In this document: piece after piece, positions 12,360 through 26,952 of the stretch
Numbering within the stretch: position 1 is the first letter of the stretch
Layout: each line of letters starts with the position of its first letter
NCBI GenBank assembly: GCA_016618085.1
Contig: JABLTG010000002.1
Span: 62,001 to 126,000 of the forward strand
Source of the DNA: Neovahlkampfia damariscottae
Lineage: Eukaryota
Direction of reading: 5' to 3'
DNA length: 64,000 nucleotides
Program-made: the position numbers and the translations under genes
Notes under the pieces: model-generated
Seen by the model: only the letters and a program-made list of their open reading frames with translations
Databases searched by the model: none
What the model was told of the DNA's origin: nothing

Positions 12360-14304
12360 TTATTTAAAATAAATAACTGGTATTTGACCCATTGAAACAT
12401 CAGTTCCATTTTCATCAAGTTGACTTTTTGAAAATTCAAATTCAACACCTGTTTCTTCATGTTTGAATGAATTGAAACCATCCTCTTTTAAAAAATTTAA
12501 AAATCCTTCAAAATTTAAATTTTACCTATATGTTGAAATGTATTTTCACCTTCAATTAAAACTTTAATTGTAAAATTAATATTTTCATCAATGAGTATTG
12601 GATGATCAAAATCTAAATTTTGTACGACATTTGATTTTTTGATGGTGAATGAATATTTTTTTGAAATAATTTTTGAATCAATTTGATCATTTTTTAATAA
12701 TTCTAATAGAACATTATGTTTTCCAATACCTGTATATATTCCAATACCACATAATTGAATTGATTTGTTCACTTTAAACATGATGGCATCCTATTGGTTA
12801 AAAATAAAATTAGATAACTTACAGGTTCAATACCTTCATGACTCCAAGTCCATTCATCTGTTACAGTTTCACCTCTAATTAAATCAAATCTTTTTTCTGG
12901 TATAATTTCAGCAACAAGAGATGAACCTTTAATTTCATTTTCGAACATATGTACACGTAAATTATATTCACCAAGATGATCACCTTTTAAATGAACATAT
13001 ATTTTACCATTTTCAATTACTTTTTTTTCAATAATTGCTATTGTATTTTCTGTTGGTTTTGAAATGATATCAATTGAAAATTCAAAAATATCCAAGAATT
13101 GTTTTGATGCTGGTTCACCTTTCTTATTAAATATATTCAAAATGAATTCAATTCCTTCTTCAATTTCACCTTTGAATAATTTTTTTGACGAAATGAACGA
13201 ATTTTGAAAATCAAAAGGTTCGTCTAAATACATTTGATTTATTATTTTCATTTCATCTTTAATATCTAATACTTTATCTAAATTTTCTTTTGTTTTTTTT
13301 AAAATTAATTTGTTTGAAATTAAATCTTCTAATTTTCTAGTCAAATTTAAACCTTCTAAAATAAACATAAATGAAGAATGATTCAATGAAAATATATTTT
13401 CTGATTTCTTTAATAATTCATCTGATTTTTCACAAAATTCTTTAAATAAATTATATTCTTCAATAATTAAATCTTCTTCTTTTGATTCGTCAATTGATTT
13501 TAAAAAATATTCTTCTTTTTTTTCTAAACTTTGATGTAATTTTAAAATTTCATTTTTAATTGATTTCTTCATTCTAATTTTTTGTTCAAAAATTGATTTT
13601 AATCTTTCTTCTAAATGATTCAATTGTTCATTATATTTTAAATTTCTTTCTTTTAATTCTTCATATTGTATTGATAATTCAGAATATATCTTTTCACTTG
13701 TTGAGTTTAATTGAAGACATTTATGACCAAAATGTTCATCTGTTACACAAAGTATACATACTAATGTATTACATGTTGAACAAAACATTTTATATCTTTC
13801 CATTGGATGAAAATTACAATATTTTTGTATTTTTTCAATTTCTTTTTCTTCTTCTCCTTGTTTAATTTCAAATTTAAACCAATTATGATTCTTTTTTTTT
13901 TTAAATTTATCTCTTCTTACTTTAGTTGATGGTAATGAATGTGCTTTTTCACAATCTTCTTCACAATATAAAATTTGACAATGAATACATTCAATCACTG
14001 CTTTTCTTGTTAAACACATCTCACATGAAAGTTCTTTTGTTTTTTCTTCTTTTTTTTCTTGTTCAAAACTGATTTCTTTTTTTTCATTTTTCTGATATAT
14101 AAGAGTGAGTTTTCAATTTTTCTTTTTTACTGTTAAATTAAATTCATTTGATAATTTCCATTCTTCTATAGTTATTTTTTTATGATGTTTTGTTTTTTGA
14201 AAAGAGTGTAAAACTTTTGAACAATTTTCACATTGAAAAGAGTCACAATTTGTACAGAATATTGTTGATATTTCTTCACAACATCCCTCTTTTTTATTAA
14301 ACAT
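12360..14304 (-). CDS. B-box zinc finger / coiled-coil / filamin-like / PHR domain protein, spliced
   Basis: Three Cys/His B-box clusters (e.g. CNFHPMERYKMFCSTCNTLVCILCVTDEHFGH); C-terminal PHR motifs GIGIY, FDHPILI, NGTDVSMGQIPVIYF. Confidence 0.75.
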
Positions 14305-14525
14305 GTTAAAACTTGATTAATCAAACCACAAATTTCTTTCAGTTCACTCATTAACAAACCACGACAACCAACCACAAATCAGAATTGTTGTTTACTTTTG
14401 ATTCGTCTAAAAGAATCATTCATATTCTCGATTTATATCTATTTTTTAACTCAAAACTACATTTTATTTTAATTCTTTTAGGTTGCCCAATCAAATTTAT
14501 TTCTCTTCCAAAACCTTGCAGTGTG

Positions 14526-16564
14526 ATGACAAGAGAAACAGAAGAAAAAGAGATCATTGATTGGATTAATGATGTAATTGATGACTCGGAAGATGAAGTA
14601 AATTAAAATCAATTTAAAAAAAAAAAGAAAAAAGTTTTGGATATTATTGATCAATTAACATTAAACTCATCAAAACTTGAAAATGAAATTGAACAAAACT
14701 TTACCAAAAGTTTAAAAAAGATACCTACATCAATTTCAGAAATTGAAGAAATGGCTAAAGAAACGAAAAAAATAAATTTAATTTTAAAAGAACTAGAACC
14801 TATTGAGATGAAGAATGAAAAAGAAATAAAAGAAATTATAAAAATGGATTCAATTTTAAAGGAAATGAAATTTTGTTTTGAAAGTTTAAAAGAAGGAAAA
14901 GAAATTAAAAAGAATTTAAATTTAATCAAAAACGAATTTGAAAAAATAGTGGAACCAAACCAAACTTCGAACTCAAGTTCAACTCAAAAACTTTCAACTC
15001 CTAATATTGAAAAGATTATTTCATTGATTTCATTAAATTCATTTAATATTGTCAAAAAATTTGAAGATTCCATCTTTAAAGAGGAATCAAAAATATTAAA
15101 AGAGTTTGAAATTAAATTATTGGATATTTTAAAACCTATTTTTATTCAAAACTTAAAAAAGAGAAATATAAATGAATTAAAGAAATATTTAAATTTATTA
15201 AATTTTGAAAGAATTGAAATTTTATTTAATTTTTATTTAAATGAAAGAATTGATGAAAAAATTAAAAATTTTAATCAAATATTTAAAGGTTTGAGTTTAT
15301 TGTTTTATAACTCTCACAGAAATAACATTACTTTTAAAACAAGAAATACCATTATATGTTCAAATATTTAAAGGTGAAATGGAAAATAAATTGAATCCAC
15401 AAGATAAAATAATTTTATTTTCTTTAAAGAAATTTAATTTTTATAAAATTTTAAGAAATGAATTTTCAACGAATGAAATTATTTTACATTACGAAAGTGC
15501 GATGGAATTTTCAGAAAAACATTTAAAATTCAAAAAAGAAATTTTAAATCCATACAATTTGATCAAGAAAGAATATCCTCAAATTGAAAAGGAAAATTTA
15601 ATTCAATTTTTAAATGGAATTAATTCAGGTTTTTGATTGGTTTTAAATTTTAATTGGTTCTTTAGATTTTAGTTTTGAAACATCTAAATTATTTGAATCT
15701 GATGAAATATTTAAATTATTAAATGAATCATTATTGAAATGGATTCGATTAAGTGAGTTTAATCATTATGAAATATTTGAAATTTATTCTGATTTTTTGA
15801 ATGAATATGGTTCAAAATTATTGAATGTTATAAAAAAAATGAAAAAAAATTTTAAATCAAAATCAATAAATAAATTTGATAGAGAATGGACATCAATTCA
15901 TGAATCAATAAAATTATATCAATTTATTGATGAATTAATAAATAAAGAAATTAAAAAATTTGAAAGTTTAATTGAAAATGTAACAAAAATTAAATTTGAA
16001 TTTTCAATAAAAGAAATAAAAAATTTAAAAATTGAAATTGAAAATTTAGTGAATGAAAATTTAATGAAGAATATTTTTGAATGTTTAAAAGATTTGTCAA
16101 ATTTAAAAATATGGAAACAACAAAATGAATCACCTTATTCATTACCTTCAATATCACCACCACCACAAGAATGGAGTTCTTTAATTACAGGTTTGTTTTA
16201 TATTTATTAATAAAAAAATAAAGAATATTTAGCAACATTACCACCTCATTTAGGTCAAGATGATGATTTATTAATTCATTTTATGAATTCTGTTTGTAAA
16301 AGAACTACTATTGAATTAATTGATAAAATATTAAAAATTAAATATTTATCAAAAGATGGTTGTAATCAATTACATTCAGATTTAGTTAATATTCAAAATA
16401 CATTAATTTATTTAATTGAATATTCAGATGAAGAATTAGAAAATTTAATATCTTTTTTAAATTTATCACAAGATGAATATTGGTCTAGTTCAAAAATATC
16501 AAAGAATTTTGAACAAATGAAAGAAAAGATTGGAATAATTAGAAATATTCAAAGAGTAAAATAA
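14526..16564 (+). CDS. COG7: Conserved oligomeric Golgi complex subunit 7-like, spliced
   Basis: IIDWINDV N-terminus; LPSISPPPQEWSSLIT|EYLATLPPHL and GCNQLHSDL resemble COG7 C-terminal motifs. Confidence 0.65.
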
Positions 16565-16632
16565 AAGTATATATTTAAAGGTGATTATGTTTGAAACGAA
16601 GACTGTGTTGGAATAGAATTCTATTTCTAAAT

Positions 16633-18276
16633 TTACATTTCTCTTCTTGTTGATGAAACTGATAATGATTCAACAACAGAAGAAGTAGAGACTGTCATTA
16701 TTTCTGTTTTTTTTTCTTCTTTTTCAATTTCATTCAAAAATTCTTCAATATCATCAGCAGTTTCTTCCATTTTTTGATGGGATGATAAATCTTGTTCATT
16801 AATATTCTTAAATTGAATAAAAAATATTAAAATTAAAACAGTTGCAAAACATAAACAACCAATTGATAAAATGATAATATATGATAATTTAATGGAGAGA
16901 TGTTTGGTAAAATTAATAACTTGTCCTCCAATAAGAGCACCTATAATTTGACCAACATTTACAAATTGATTTACAATTGCAAAATCTCTAGCCATTGTTT
17001 CTTTGGGTATTGAGTTTAATGTAATAACAGTAGCAGATGACATTGAAACACCAAAACCTAATCCAATAATTGGAAATGGTAAAAATATAAATATTGGTGT
17101 TAAAATTGGATGTGAAGGTAATGATAAAACAAATGCAACAAATGACATTCCAATTAAAATAGATCCAACTCCTAAAATTAACATTGGTTTTGGTCCAAAT
17201 TTATCAGTCATCATTCCTCCAAAAATTGTACCTCCTCCTGCACATACAATGATAATAATTAAAACAACCGATGAGAAAATGATGGCTCTATCAAATTTTA
17301 AAATATCTTTTAAAAAATATTGAATAAAAGGTAAAATTAAATTAATCCCAACAAAAATTAATAAATTTGAAAGTGCAATTAAATAAAAATTAAAATAAAT
17401 TGAACAAGGAAAATGAAATGTTGTTGTAATATTCTTTATAAATTTTGAACATGAAAATATTTCTTTTCTTTTTTGTATTTTTGGTCCTTGTTCTTCTTTT
17501 AAACCAAAAACTGTATAAAATGATGATAATAATAATCCTATGGCTGCATAACTATATGAAACAATATATTTCCATTCTTTTGGTAAAAATTGCATGAATA
17601 GTGCTGCACCAAGTGTACCAAATAAAATACCAGATGCTAAACCTAATGCCTGTACTCCAGAAGCAACTCCATGTTTTTCCTTTGGAACTAAATCAGGTAA
17701 CAATCCACCATAAGGACCAACTGCGGCACTTTTAAAAGTTACTTTTTGAACTTGATTTTTTTACCTCATTGTGATTTGAACCAAAGTTAACAATCCCATC
17801 AAAATATAAATATTGTAAACGTTTTTGGATGTAAAAAATGCCATTGAAAAGAATATTACAATCGAAATTGGAACAAAAACAAAAATCCAAATTCTTCTTC
17901 GACCAAACTTTGTATTAATTTTATCTGAAAGTGATCCAAATATAGGTGTAGCTGTTATATGTGCAAGTGATCCAAGTATACCAACAAGACTATAATAAAA
18001 TTCCTTATGTTCAGGAACTATTTCACCAACTTGAGCTGGAAAGAATAATATTTAAATAATTTTGTTATTACCTGGCATTATTGTTCCTGAAATAGCTGTC
18101 CAAACAAAGTTATACCCAAACCAAAATGAAGAGATGGCGAATAATTTGTTTGTAAGAGACAAGTTACTCTCTTTTGGAACTGTTTTGTTCAAAGACGCAT
18201 CACTTCCACTCGTAGATGATGTCATTACTAAATTATAATCGTCAAAGTCATCATTGATGACTGTAGTATCCATCAT
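16633..18276 (-). CDS. MFS transporter (12 TM), 2 introns
   Basis: GSLSDKINTKFGRRRIW and GGMMTDKFGPKP motif-A copies; LLPDLVP; hydrophobic segments. Confidence 0.88.
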
Positions 18277-18463
18277 TTTGTTTTGTAGTTGGTAATTTGT
18301 AGTTTAGGAGTTCAACCTTTGTGATTGGTTATTATTTTGATTGGATCAATGGTTTTATCCTCAAAATAAAAATGGACCCATTGTTGTAAATTTCATTTTT
18401 TGTAAGTTTTTAATCAATAATCTCAAAATAAAATCAATTCTCTTTAAAATTAACCAATCAAAA

Positions 18464-19066
18464 ATGTCTGACAAACAAGTTGTTGATGTTGCACAAGCAA
18501 TTTTCAAAAATAATCTAGCATCATTGGAAGACTTAATTCGAGATGGATTTAATATAAATAGGGCTTATTCAGCTCCAATAGGATGCCCATATGAAGATAT
18601 AGAAGAATATTCAATGAGTGGGTATTATTTACAATACAACGTTGAAGGTTTGAATACTTTTTACATTAATTATTTTATTTTAGGTTCAACAGGAGAATAT
18701 GTTCTTGATGATGCTGAAAAATATGGTAAATCTATCAAATGGACTCCATTACAAATGGCTGCTGCATATGGAAGAAAAAATGTAATAATGTTTCTATTGT
18801 CAAAAGGAGGTTTGAATTGAAACTCAATTAAAATATTAGTTGACCATAAAGTTAAAGATGATTTAGGTAATACTGCTGAAGACATTGCAGATGAATTTGA
18901 CACAAACGTTAGGATGAAGAAATTTTTTGAAGGTTTAAAAAATGAAAATGAAATTCCTTCAAAAGTAATTGATTTAGAAAAAGAAGTTGTTGAATTAGAA
19001 AAAAAAAATGAAAAATTAAAATTAAAATTGAAAGAACTGGAAGAAAGATTAATAAAAATAATGTAA
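18464..19066 (+). CDS. Ankyrin-repeat protein with C-terminal coiled coil, 2 introns
   Basis: WTPLQMAAAYGRKNVIMFLLSKG|VDHKVKDDLGNTAEDIA. Confidence 0.8.
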
Positions 19067-19125
19067 AAAGTACTGTGGTAGTAACAGTTGATGAAAAATA
19101 AAAAGAAAATAATAAAAAATTTCTA

Positions 19126-20579
<1,454 letters not shown>

Positions 20580-20699
20580 CAGTAAACTTTTTTTCGCACT
20601 GGTTAAATTTGATTGGTCAACAAAAGATTTTTCTTATAAATCAAAATTTGAAAAAAAAATAAAAATATTAAATTTTTTGAAGAAAATTGAGAGTTGAAT

Positions 20700-21374
20700 T
20701 TATTTTTTTTGTTTTTTTTCTTTCAACGGAGCAGCTTCTTTTGCAGCTCTTTTTTTTTTGAATTGATATGAAACAGCACGAGCGTCTTTACGAGCACTAC
20801 GAACTTGATACCATGCATCTTTAGCTTTTTTATCTTGTTCAGTGATTTCACGAAGTTCAAGAGCTGGTTGTGCTTTTGTTGTTGGTAAAAGGACTCCAGT
20901 TTGTTGTGTAACATTTTGTCTTTGATCTTTTGGAGTATCATTGAGACCACCTTGTTCAGTGTATTTTTTGAGTTTTTTATCGGAAACTGATCTTCTTGGA
21001 TATAAGATTAATTTAGATTTATATTCTTCTAAACGTTGAACGTTAACTTGAAGACCTTCTTCACTGACATTTCTTCTTCTTTCATCAACTGAAATTCCGA
21101 TACTTCTAGCAAATTGAACACCTAATTTTGCAGCTTTTAATTCTGCAGGTGTGAAACCTTTTCCAAGTCTTGTTCTGTTGTTACTTTTTAAGTTTGAAAG
21201 TCTAATAAGTGGTTTAAGGTTTTGTAAAGGTCTTGGAAAAACTTGACTTGCTTTTTTGAGACGTTTTTCTTTTCTTTTTTTTGCTTTCATAGGTTGGTCG
21301 AATTTTGTTTTAACTCTGTCAACCCAGTTTTTTTTAAAGTGTGATGTCACGATTGGATTATTATGTTTAACCAT
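20700..21374 (-). CDS. RPL13: 60S ribosomal protein L13 (eL13)
   Basis: HFKKNW..RVKTKFDQP, GKGFTPAELKAA, ARSIGISVDERRRN, NVQRLEEYKSKLILYPR. Confidence 0.96.
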   Translation of the reverse strand: MVKHNNPIVTSHFKKNWVDRVKTKFDQPMKAKKRKEKRLKKASQVFPRPLQNLKPLIRLSNLKSNNRTRLGKGFTPAELKAAKLGVQFARSIGISVDERRRNVSEEGLQVNVQRLEEYKSKLILYPRRSVSDKKLKKYTEQGGLNDTPKDQRQNVTQQTGVLLPTTKAQPALELREITEQDKKAKDAWYQVRSARKDARAVSYQFKKKRAAKEAAPLKEKKQKK

Positions 21375-21581
21375 CTTGATTGAAGCTTGTTAATTTTTTA
21401 TTAAATTCCTCTTACTGTTCTTTACTCTTTTACGTCTAACCAAAAAAATCTAGCAATTGACCAATAAAATGCAAATGCTTTTATTGACCAATCAAAAAAA
21501 TTCAGAGAGTAAAATTTTTTTTTAGAAAAAATACAATAATTTTATTTTAACTTTAAATATATTCTTTTCACTTGAAATTAA

Positions 21582-22758
21582 CTAAATTTCCAATTCAATT
21601 TTTTTCAAATTAAATATCTCTTCCAAATATTCTTTAGATATCCCAGTTTTCGCAAAATTTAATTTTTGAATACATTTTTTTGAATCAAAATCAATGTCAA
21701 ATGATTCTAATAGTGTTGAAAAATCAAAATATAATAATTTTAAATTTTTTAAATTTCTTATTTTAACATTATTTAAATTAATGCACCATGAAAGATCCAA
21801 TAGAATCAAAGAATGACAATATTCGCATATAGAATAATTTATGAAGTCATCATTGACATGTGTTTTTGATAAATTTAAAGTTTTTAAATTTGAGCATCCT
21901 TTAAATAATTCCAAATTTAAGAATTGAATTTCACTACAACTCCTTAATTCTAAATAAATTAATTGATTCGAAATTCCTCTATTTTCATTATCACCTTTTA
22001 TTATATTTTCAATTTCAAAATCATTTATTTTTGTACCAAATAGATTCAATGAATTCAATTTCTTGGTTTTATTTTTAATTTGTAATTTCTCTAAATTTTG
22101 ACAATTTCTTAAATTTAAATTCTCTAAATTTGAATTTGAAATAATTAAATTTATAATAGTTTGACAATTTTTAATTGATAAACTTTTTAAATTTTTACAT
22201 TTTTCAAGAATATTTTCAATCACGAATGATGAAATACAGTATGATTCAGAAATTAAAATATCTTTCAAATTTAAATTAAGTGAAGACAAATATTTCAAAT
22301 TTGATAACTTTTTACATTGAATAACTATCTTTTAAATAATTTAATTCATTACATTTTAATGACTCAAATTGATTAGATATGTAAAATTCAGATAATTGTT
22401 TAACTTTTTGTAATTTTAAACTCTTTAAATTTGGACAAATTTTAATTAAATTTAAATATTCTTCCTTTTCTAAATTCTTTTTAAATTCAAATAAATTTAT
22501 GTTTTCAATTGAAGAATATCCATTTTCATCTGTAAAATATTTTTGAACAAATAAAATAGAATCAGATATGTTCTTTAATTTTTTTTTTGAAGTTAAAGAT
22601 AAATGAGTTGAAAAAATGAAAACAAAATTATGAAACTTTTTTGAAACCAAAGATATGGTTTTGATTCTTTCTTTTTGTGGTAAAAAATTAATTATCATTT
22701 GTAGTACATCATCCAATTCATTTAAAATAGAAAATGAAAATATATTAATAAATGACAT
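21582..22758 (-). CDS. F-box / LRR protein, 1 intron (about 28 nt)
   Basis: F-box LDDVLQMIINFLPQKERIKTISLVSKKF; repeated LxxLNLxxC/T. Confidence 0.82.
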
Positions 22759-22821
22759 GAAGAACAACAGTTGATGTTTTTAAGAAGGCTTGGTTGGTTG
22801 AATTGAACCAATCAAAACAAA

Positions 22822-23280
22822 ATGGTACTAAAATCCAAAATACAAAGCGAAGACGATTTTTTGGACGATTTACATCCTGGTAAATCATCTGAGATTTCAG
22901 AAAAATTCCTCTACATAACAGTGAATAGATTGTATGGTAAAATAAAAAAATATCACTTTTTAACTTTACTATCTAAGGACTCAGAAAAGAATTTGAGGGT
23001 GTACCAAAATATATAACTATTTCTATATCCGATAAAAAGTCGAGCACAGATCAGAAAGAACAAAAAAATCCAAACTGGAACGAAACGTAAACTTTTAAAC
23101 TTATTTTAAATTTTAGAATTGCGTTTACTGTAAAGAGAAGACCACATTTTGTTTCATTCTTTTTATATTATATTGACGAAAAAAAACAAACAATTCAATT
23201 GGGAGAAGGTTCGTTTTTTTTTAGAACATATTAATATTATAAAAAGGTATTTTGCCAATAGACGAAGAATTATCAAGTGA
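22822..23280 (+). CDS. Small C2-domain-like protein, spliced (3' end uncertain)
   Basis: LYITV..., KNPNWNET, IQLGEGSFFL after removing two short introns. Confidence 0.55.
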
Positions 23281-23423
23281 AGAAACACAAAAAAAAGTGA
23301 TATTCGAAAATAATGGATACATAATAGGAACTGTAAACGTGACAATGATGTATCAAAAACCAAAAAAAAAATAAAACTATTTCATTGGACAAATTCATCA
23401 ACCACTCAAATCACCAAACAAGA

Positions 23424-26400
23424 ATGTTGCGAACAATTTTTTTGATTTTATTTTTTATTTTATGTTTAAAAGGAAAACCTATTGCTTATATTGTTCCACA
23501 TTCTCACTGTGATCCAGGTTGGATTAAAACTTACGAAAAATACTATAACGAAGATGTAAGAATAATATTATCCAACGTTATGATTCAATTAAAAATGGAT
23601 TCAAAAAAGCGATTTATTTGGTCTGATATATCATTTTGGATACCTTGGTGGAATGAACAAACCAAAGATATGAAAGAACTGGTAAAAGGTTTCATAAAAA
23701 CAGGACAATTGGAAGTTTGAATATATTTTTTAAAAATTATAGTTTGTTAATGGTGGATATGTTACAGCTGATGAAGCGTCAACTGATTATGTTAACATGA
23801 TTGATCAAATGACAGAAGGACATCATTATTTAAAAGAAACCTTTAATGTTAAACCTACAATATCTTGGCAAATTGATCCTTTTGGTGCTTCAAAAGTGTT
23901 TCCAATCTTATTTCAATTAATGGGATATGAATATCATATTATTTCTAGAGTGGATGATCGTTTAAAGAATGTAAGTTATCAATTTTAATTAATCAAAACC
24001 ATTACTTTAAAGAAATATGATTTTATACCCAATTCAGGTGAATATATGAAAGAAAAGAAATTTCAATTCATTTGGACACCATCTGAATCTTATACAAATA
24101 TTTCTATTTTTACTCATATTTTAGATCGACATTATTCATCTCCTGTGTAAAAAAAAAAAAACATAATTTTTAAACTTTAGTAAATGTATAAAGAAAAATG
24201 AAACAAATATATATGATTGTACTGGATTTCATTTTGAAGAACCTGAAAATAATCCACCAATTACAAATGAAAATTTATATGAAAGAAGTAATTTATTAGT
24301 TGATATTATAAAAGAAAGAGCATCTTATTTTCGTACTAAACATATTTTAATTCCATTTGGAAATGATTTTGCTTTTAAAGATGCATCAATTCAATTTAAT
24401 AATATGGATAAATTAATTAATGAAATATCAAATAATGATACTTATGGAATTAATATTCAATATTCAACTTTATCTGAATATTTTAAAGCTATTAGAAATG
24501 ATTCAAATCCATCTGATTTTCCAGTAGTTTCTGATACAAATTTTGATTTTTTTCCATGTAAAACTTTAATTCAATAGTAACATATTTTTAGTGACTAATT
24601 GTTGGGCAGATGAATTAAATAAATATAATTCATGTATTGCTTATTGGACAGGATATTATTCAACTTATCCAAATTTAAAATCATTAATTAGAGAATCATC
24701 TTCAATATTAAGAACAACAGAATTATTATTTTCAACTGGATTAATGAATAATGTATAAATAATCATTTTAACAAAACATAGGTACAATTACAATTAATAG
24801 AGGTGATTGATTGGATTGATATATTCAAAACATTAGATATTTTTAGAAAAGTATTTTATTTTATTTCTAATTCAAAGGATTTAGCATTAGTTCATCATCA
24901 TGATGGTATTACAGGTACTGCAAAAATGAATGTAAGAAATGATTATGAAAAGAGATTAAAAAAAGGAATTAAAACTTCAAGATTAATTATGGAACAAATG
25001 ATTAGTTCATTTATGGGTAAAACTGTTAGACCTGAAATTACAATGAACTTTACAGCAATAAATGATAAATCAGAGGTATTGAACATTAAAATATTTTCAT
25101 TAATAAATTAGTTTATACCAATAATAGTATATAATTCACAATGTAAATTTAGAATATATTAATCAAAGGTTTTTAGCATGGGCTGCATTAGATTTTGTTA
25201 AAATAATAAGTGAAACATCAAAAATTGAATTATTTGATTCAAGATTACAAAAGATTAATTTTAATTTAATTCCAAGAAGAGATAGTAAATTTGATTTATT
25301 TTTTATTGCAGAATCACCTGCGGTTGGATTTGATACTTATTATTCAATTAGAACAAATATATCAACTATATCAAAAGAAACAAATTTAAAAGATAAAAAT
25401 GAATTTTATATGGAAAATGAATTCATTTCTCTTAAATTTTTAAAGAATAATAAAATATTTGAATTAAATTCAATTTATAATAAATTTATGAAGAAATGGA
25501 TAAATATAAAACAAGAATTAATGGAATATACAGGTAATAATATTAATAATAGTAATAATATATTAAAGGATTGGGTAATTGTATTTTATATTAAATCAAA
25601 AAGGGAGTGGTGCATATATATTCATGCCAAAATCAGATGCAGTTCCAATTAAAATTAATGAAAAATATATTGATATTAAATATTTTGATGATGATTTAGT
25701 TTCAGAATTTCAACAAAGATTAAATGAAAATGTTACACAAATATTTAGAATTTTCAAAAAAACAGAAAATACAGAAGTTGGAATATTTTTTGAATTTGAT
25801 ATTATTTCAAATTTAGATAATGATAAAGAATTAATAACAAGATTTACATCTAAAGATATTAAATCAAATAATAAATTTTATACAGATAGTAATGGATTTG
25901 AAATGATTGAAAGAATATATCAAAAGAAATTCAATGATTCAAAAAGATCAAATATTATATCATCAAATTATTATCCACATGTTAGTCAAAGTTATATTAG
26001 AGATGATTCAATTCAATTAACTGCATTTTCAAAACAAGGTATAATACACATAATTAATCTATTTTGTTAGCTTTTGGTGTTAGTTCTTTATTTAATGGTA
26101 GTATTGAATTTATGATAAATAGAAATACATTAAAAGATGATAATAGAGGTGTAAATGAAAGAGTTAAAATGACTGAATCATCTATTGCAAAATTTAGAAT
26201 ATTAATTTCATCACCTTCATCTTCAAATTCAATTCGACCAAAAATATCACAAAGATTTGAGAATCCATTCACTCCATTCTTTTTTTATGGAAAATATTCA
26301 CAAAATGGAATTAAAAAAGAAAAATTAATTCCATCATTTGAAAAGTTTTATACAACAACATTTTCAACTTTATCAGGTGATTTTCCACATAATATTCATT

Positions 26401-26904
26401 TACTTTCAATGAAAGCAATGAAACAAGAATCAAAATATCTTTCAATATCTGGTCATGCATTTAAAATTATTTTTAGATTTCAACATTTATATGAAAAGAT
26501 GCAAGATTCAACACATTCAAAAATTGAAAGAATTTATATTGATAAATTATTTCCTGATTATGTTTTTTCAGATTCACATTTACAATCATTAACTTTAAAT
26601 TATGATAGTAATTCATCTTTACCCTTTTTTTTTAAAAATATTATTATTAGTTTATTTTCCAGGAAGATCAATTATTGAATTACATCCTCTTGATATTTGG
26701 ACATATTCTTCAATAGTTGAAAGAAAAATATTTGATGATTGGTGGTCTTGGACAAGTTTTGTTTTGGGGATTGCAATTGCTGCTTTGTTCTCTTTGTCAA
26801 TTGCATTCTTAGGTTATTTATATTTGGAATATTTAAAAATTCATGGTCAAAAATCTGTTGTTTATAATGAACTTGAATTAGAAAAAGCAGAAAATCAATT
26901 TTAA
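23424..26904 (+). CDS. Alpha-mannosidase (GH38) with signal peptide and C-terminal TM, many introns
   Basis: IVPHSHCDPGW, FVNGG, WQIDPFG (nucleophile), PFGNDF, HHDGITGT, SGAYIF, FYTDSNG, NYYP. Confidence 0.93.
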
Positions 26905-26952
26905 AATAAAAAATTAATTTACTTCAATTGTCCAATCAAAAATACTCCGATT

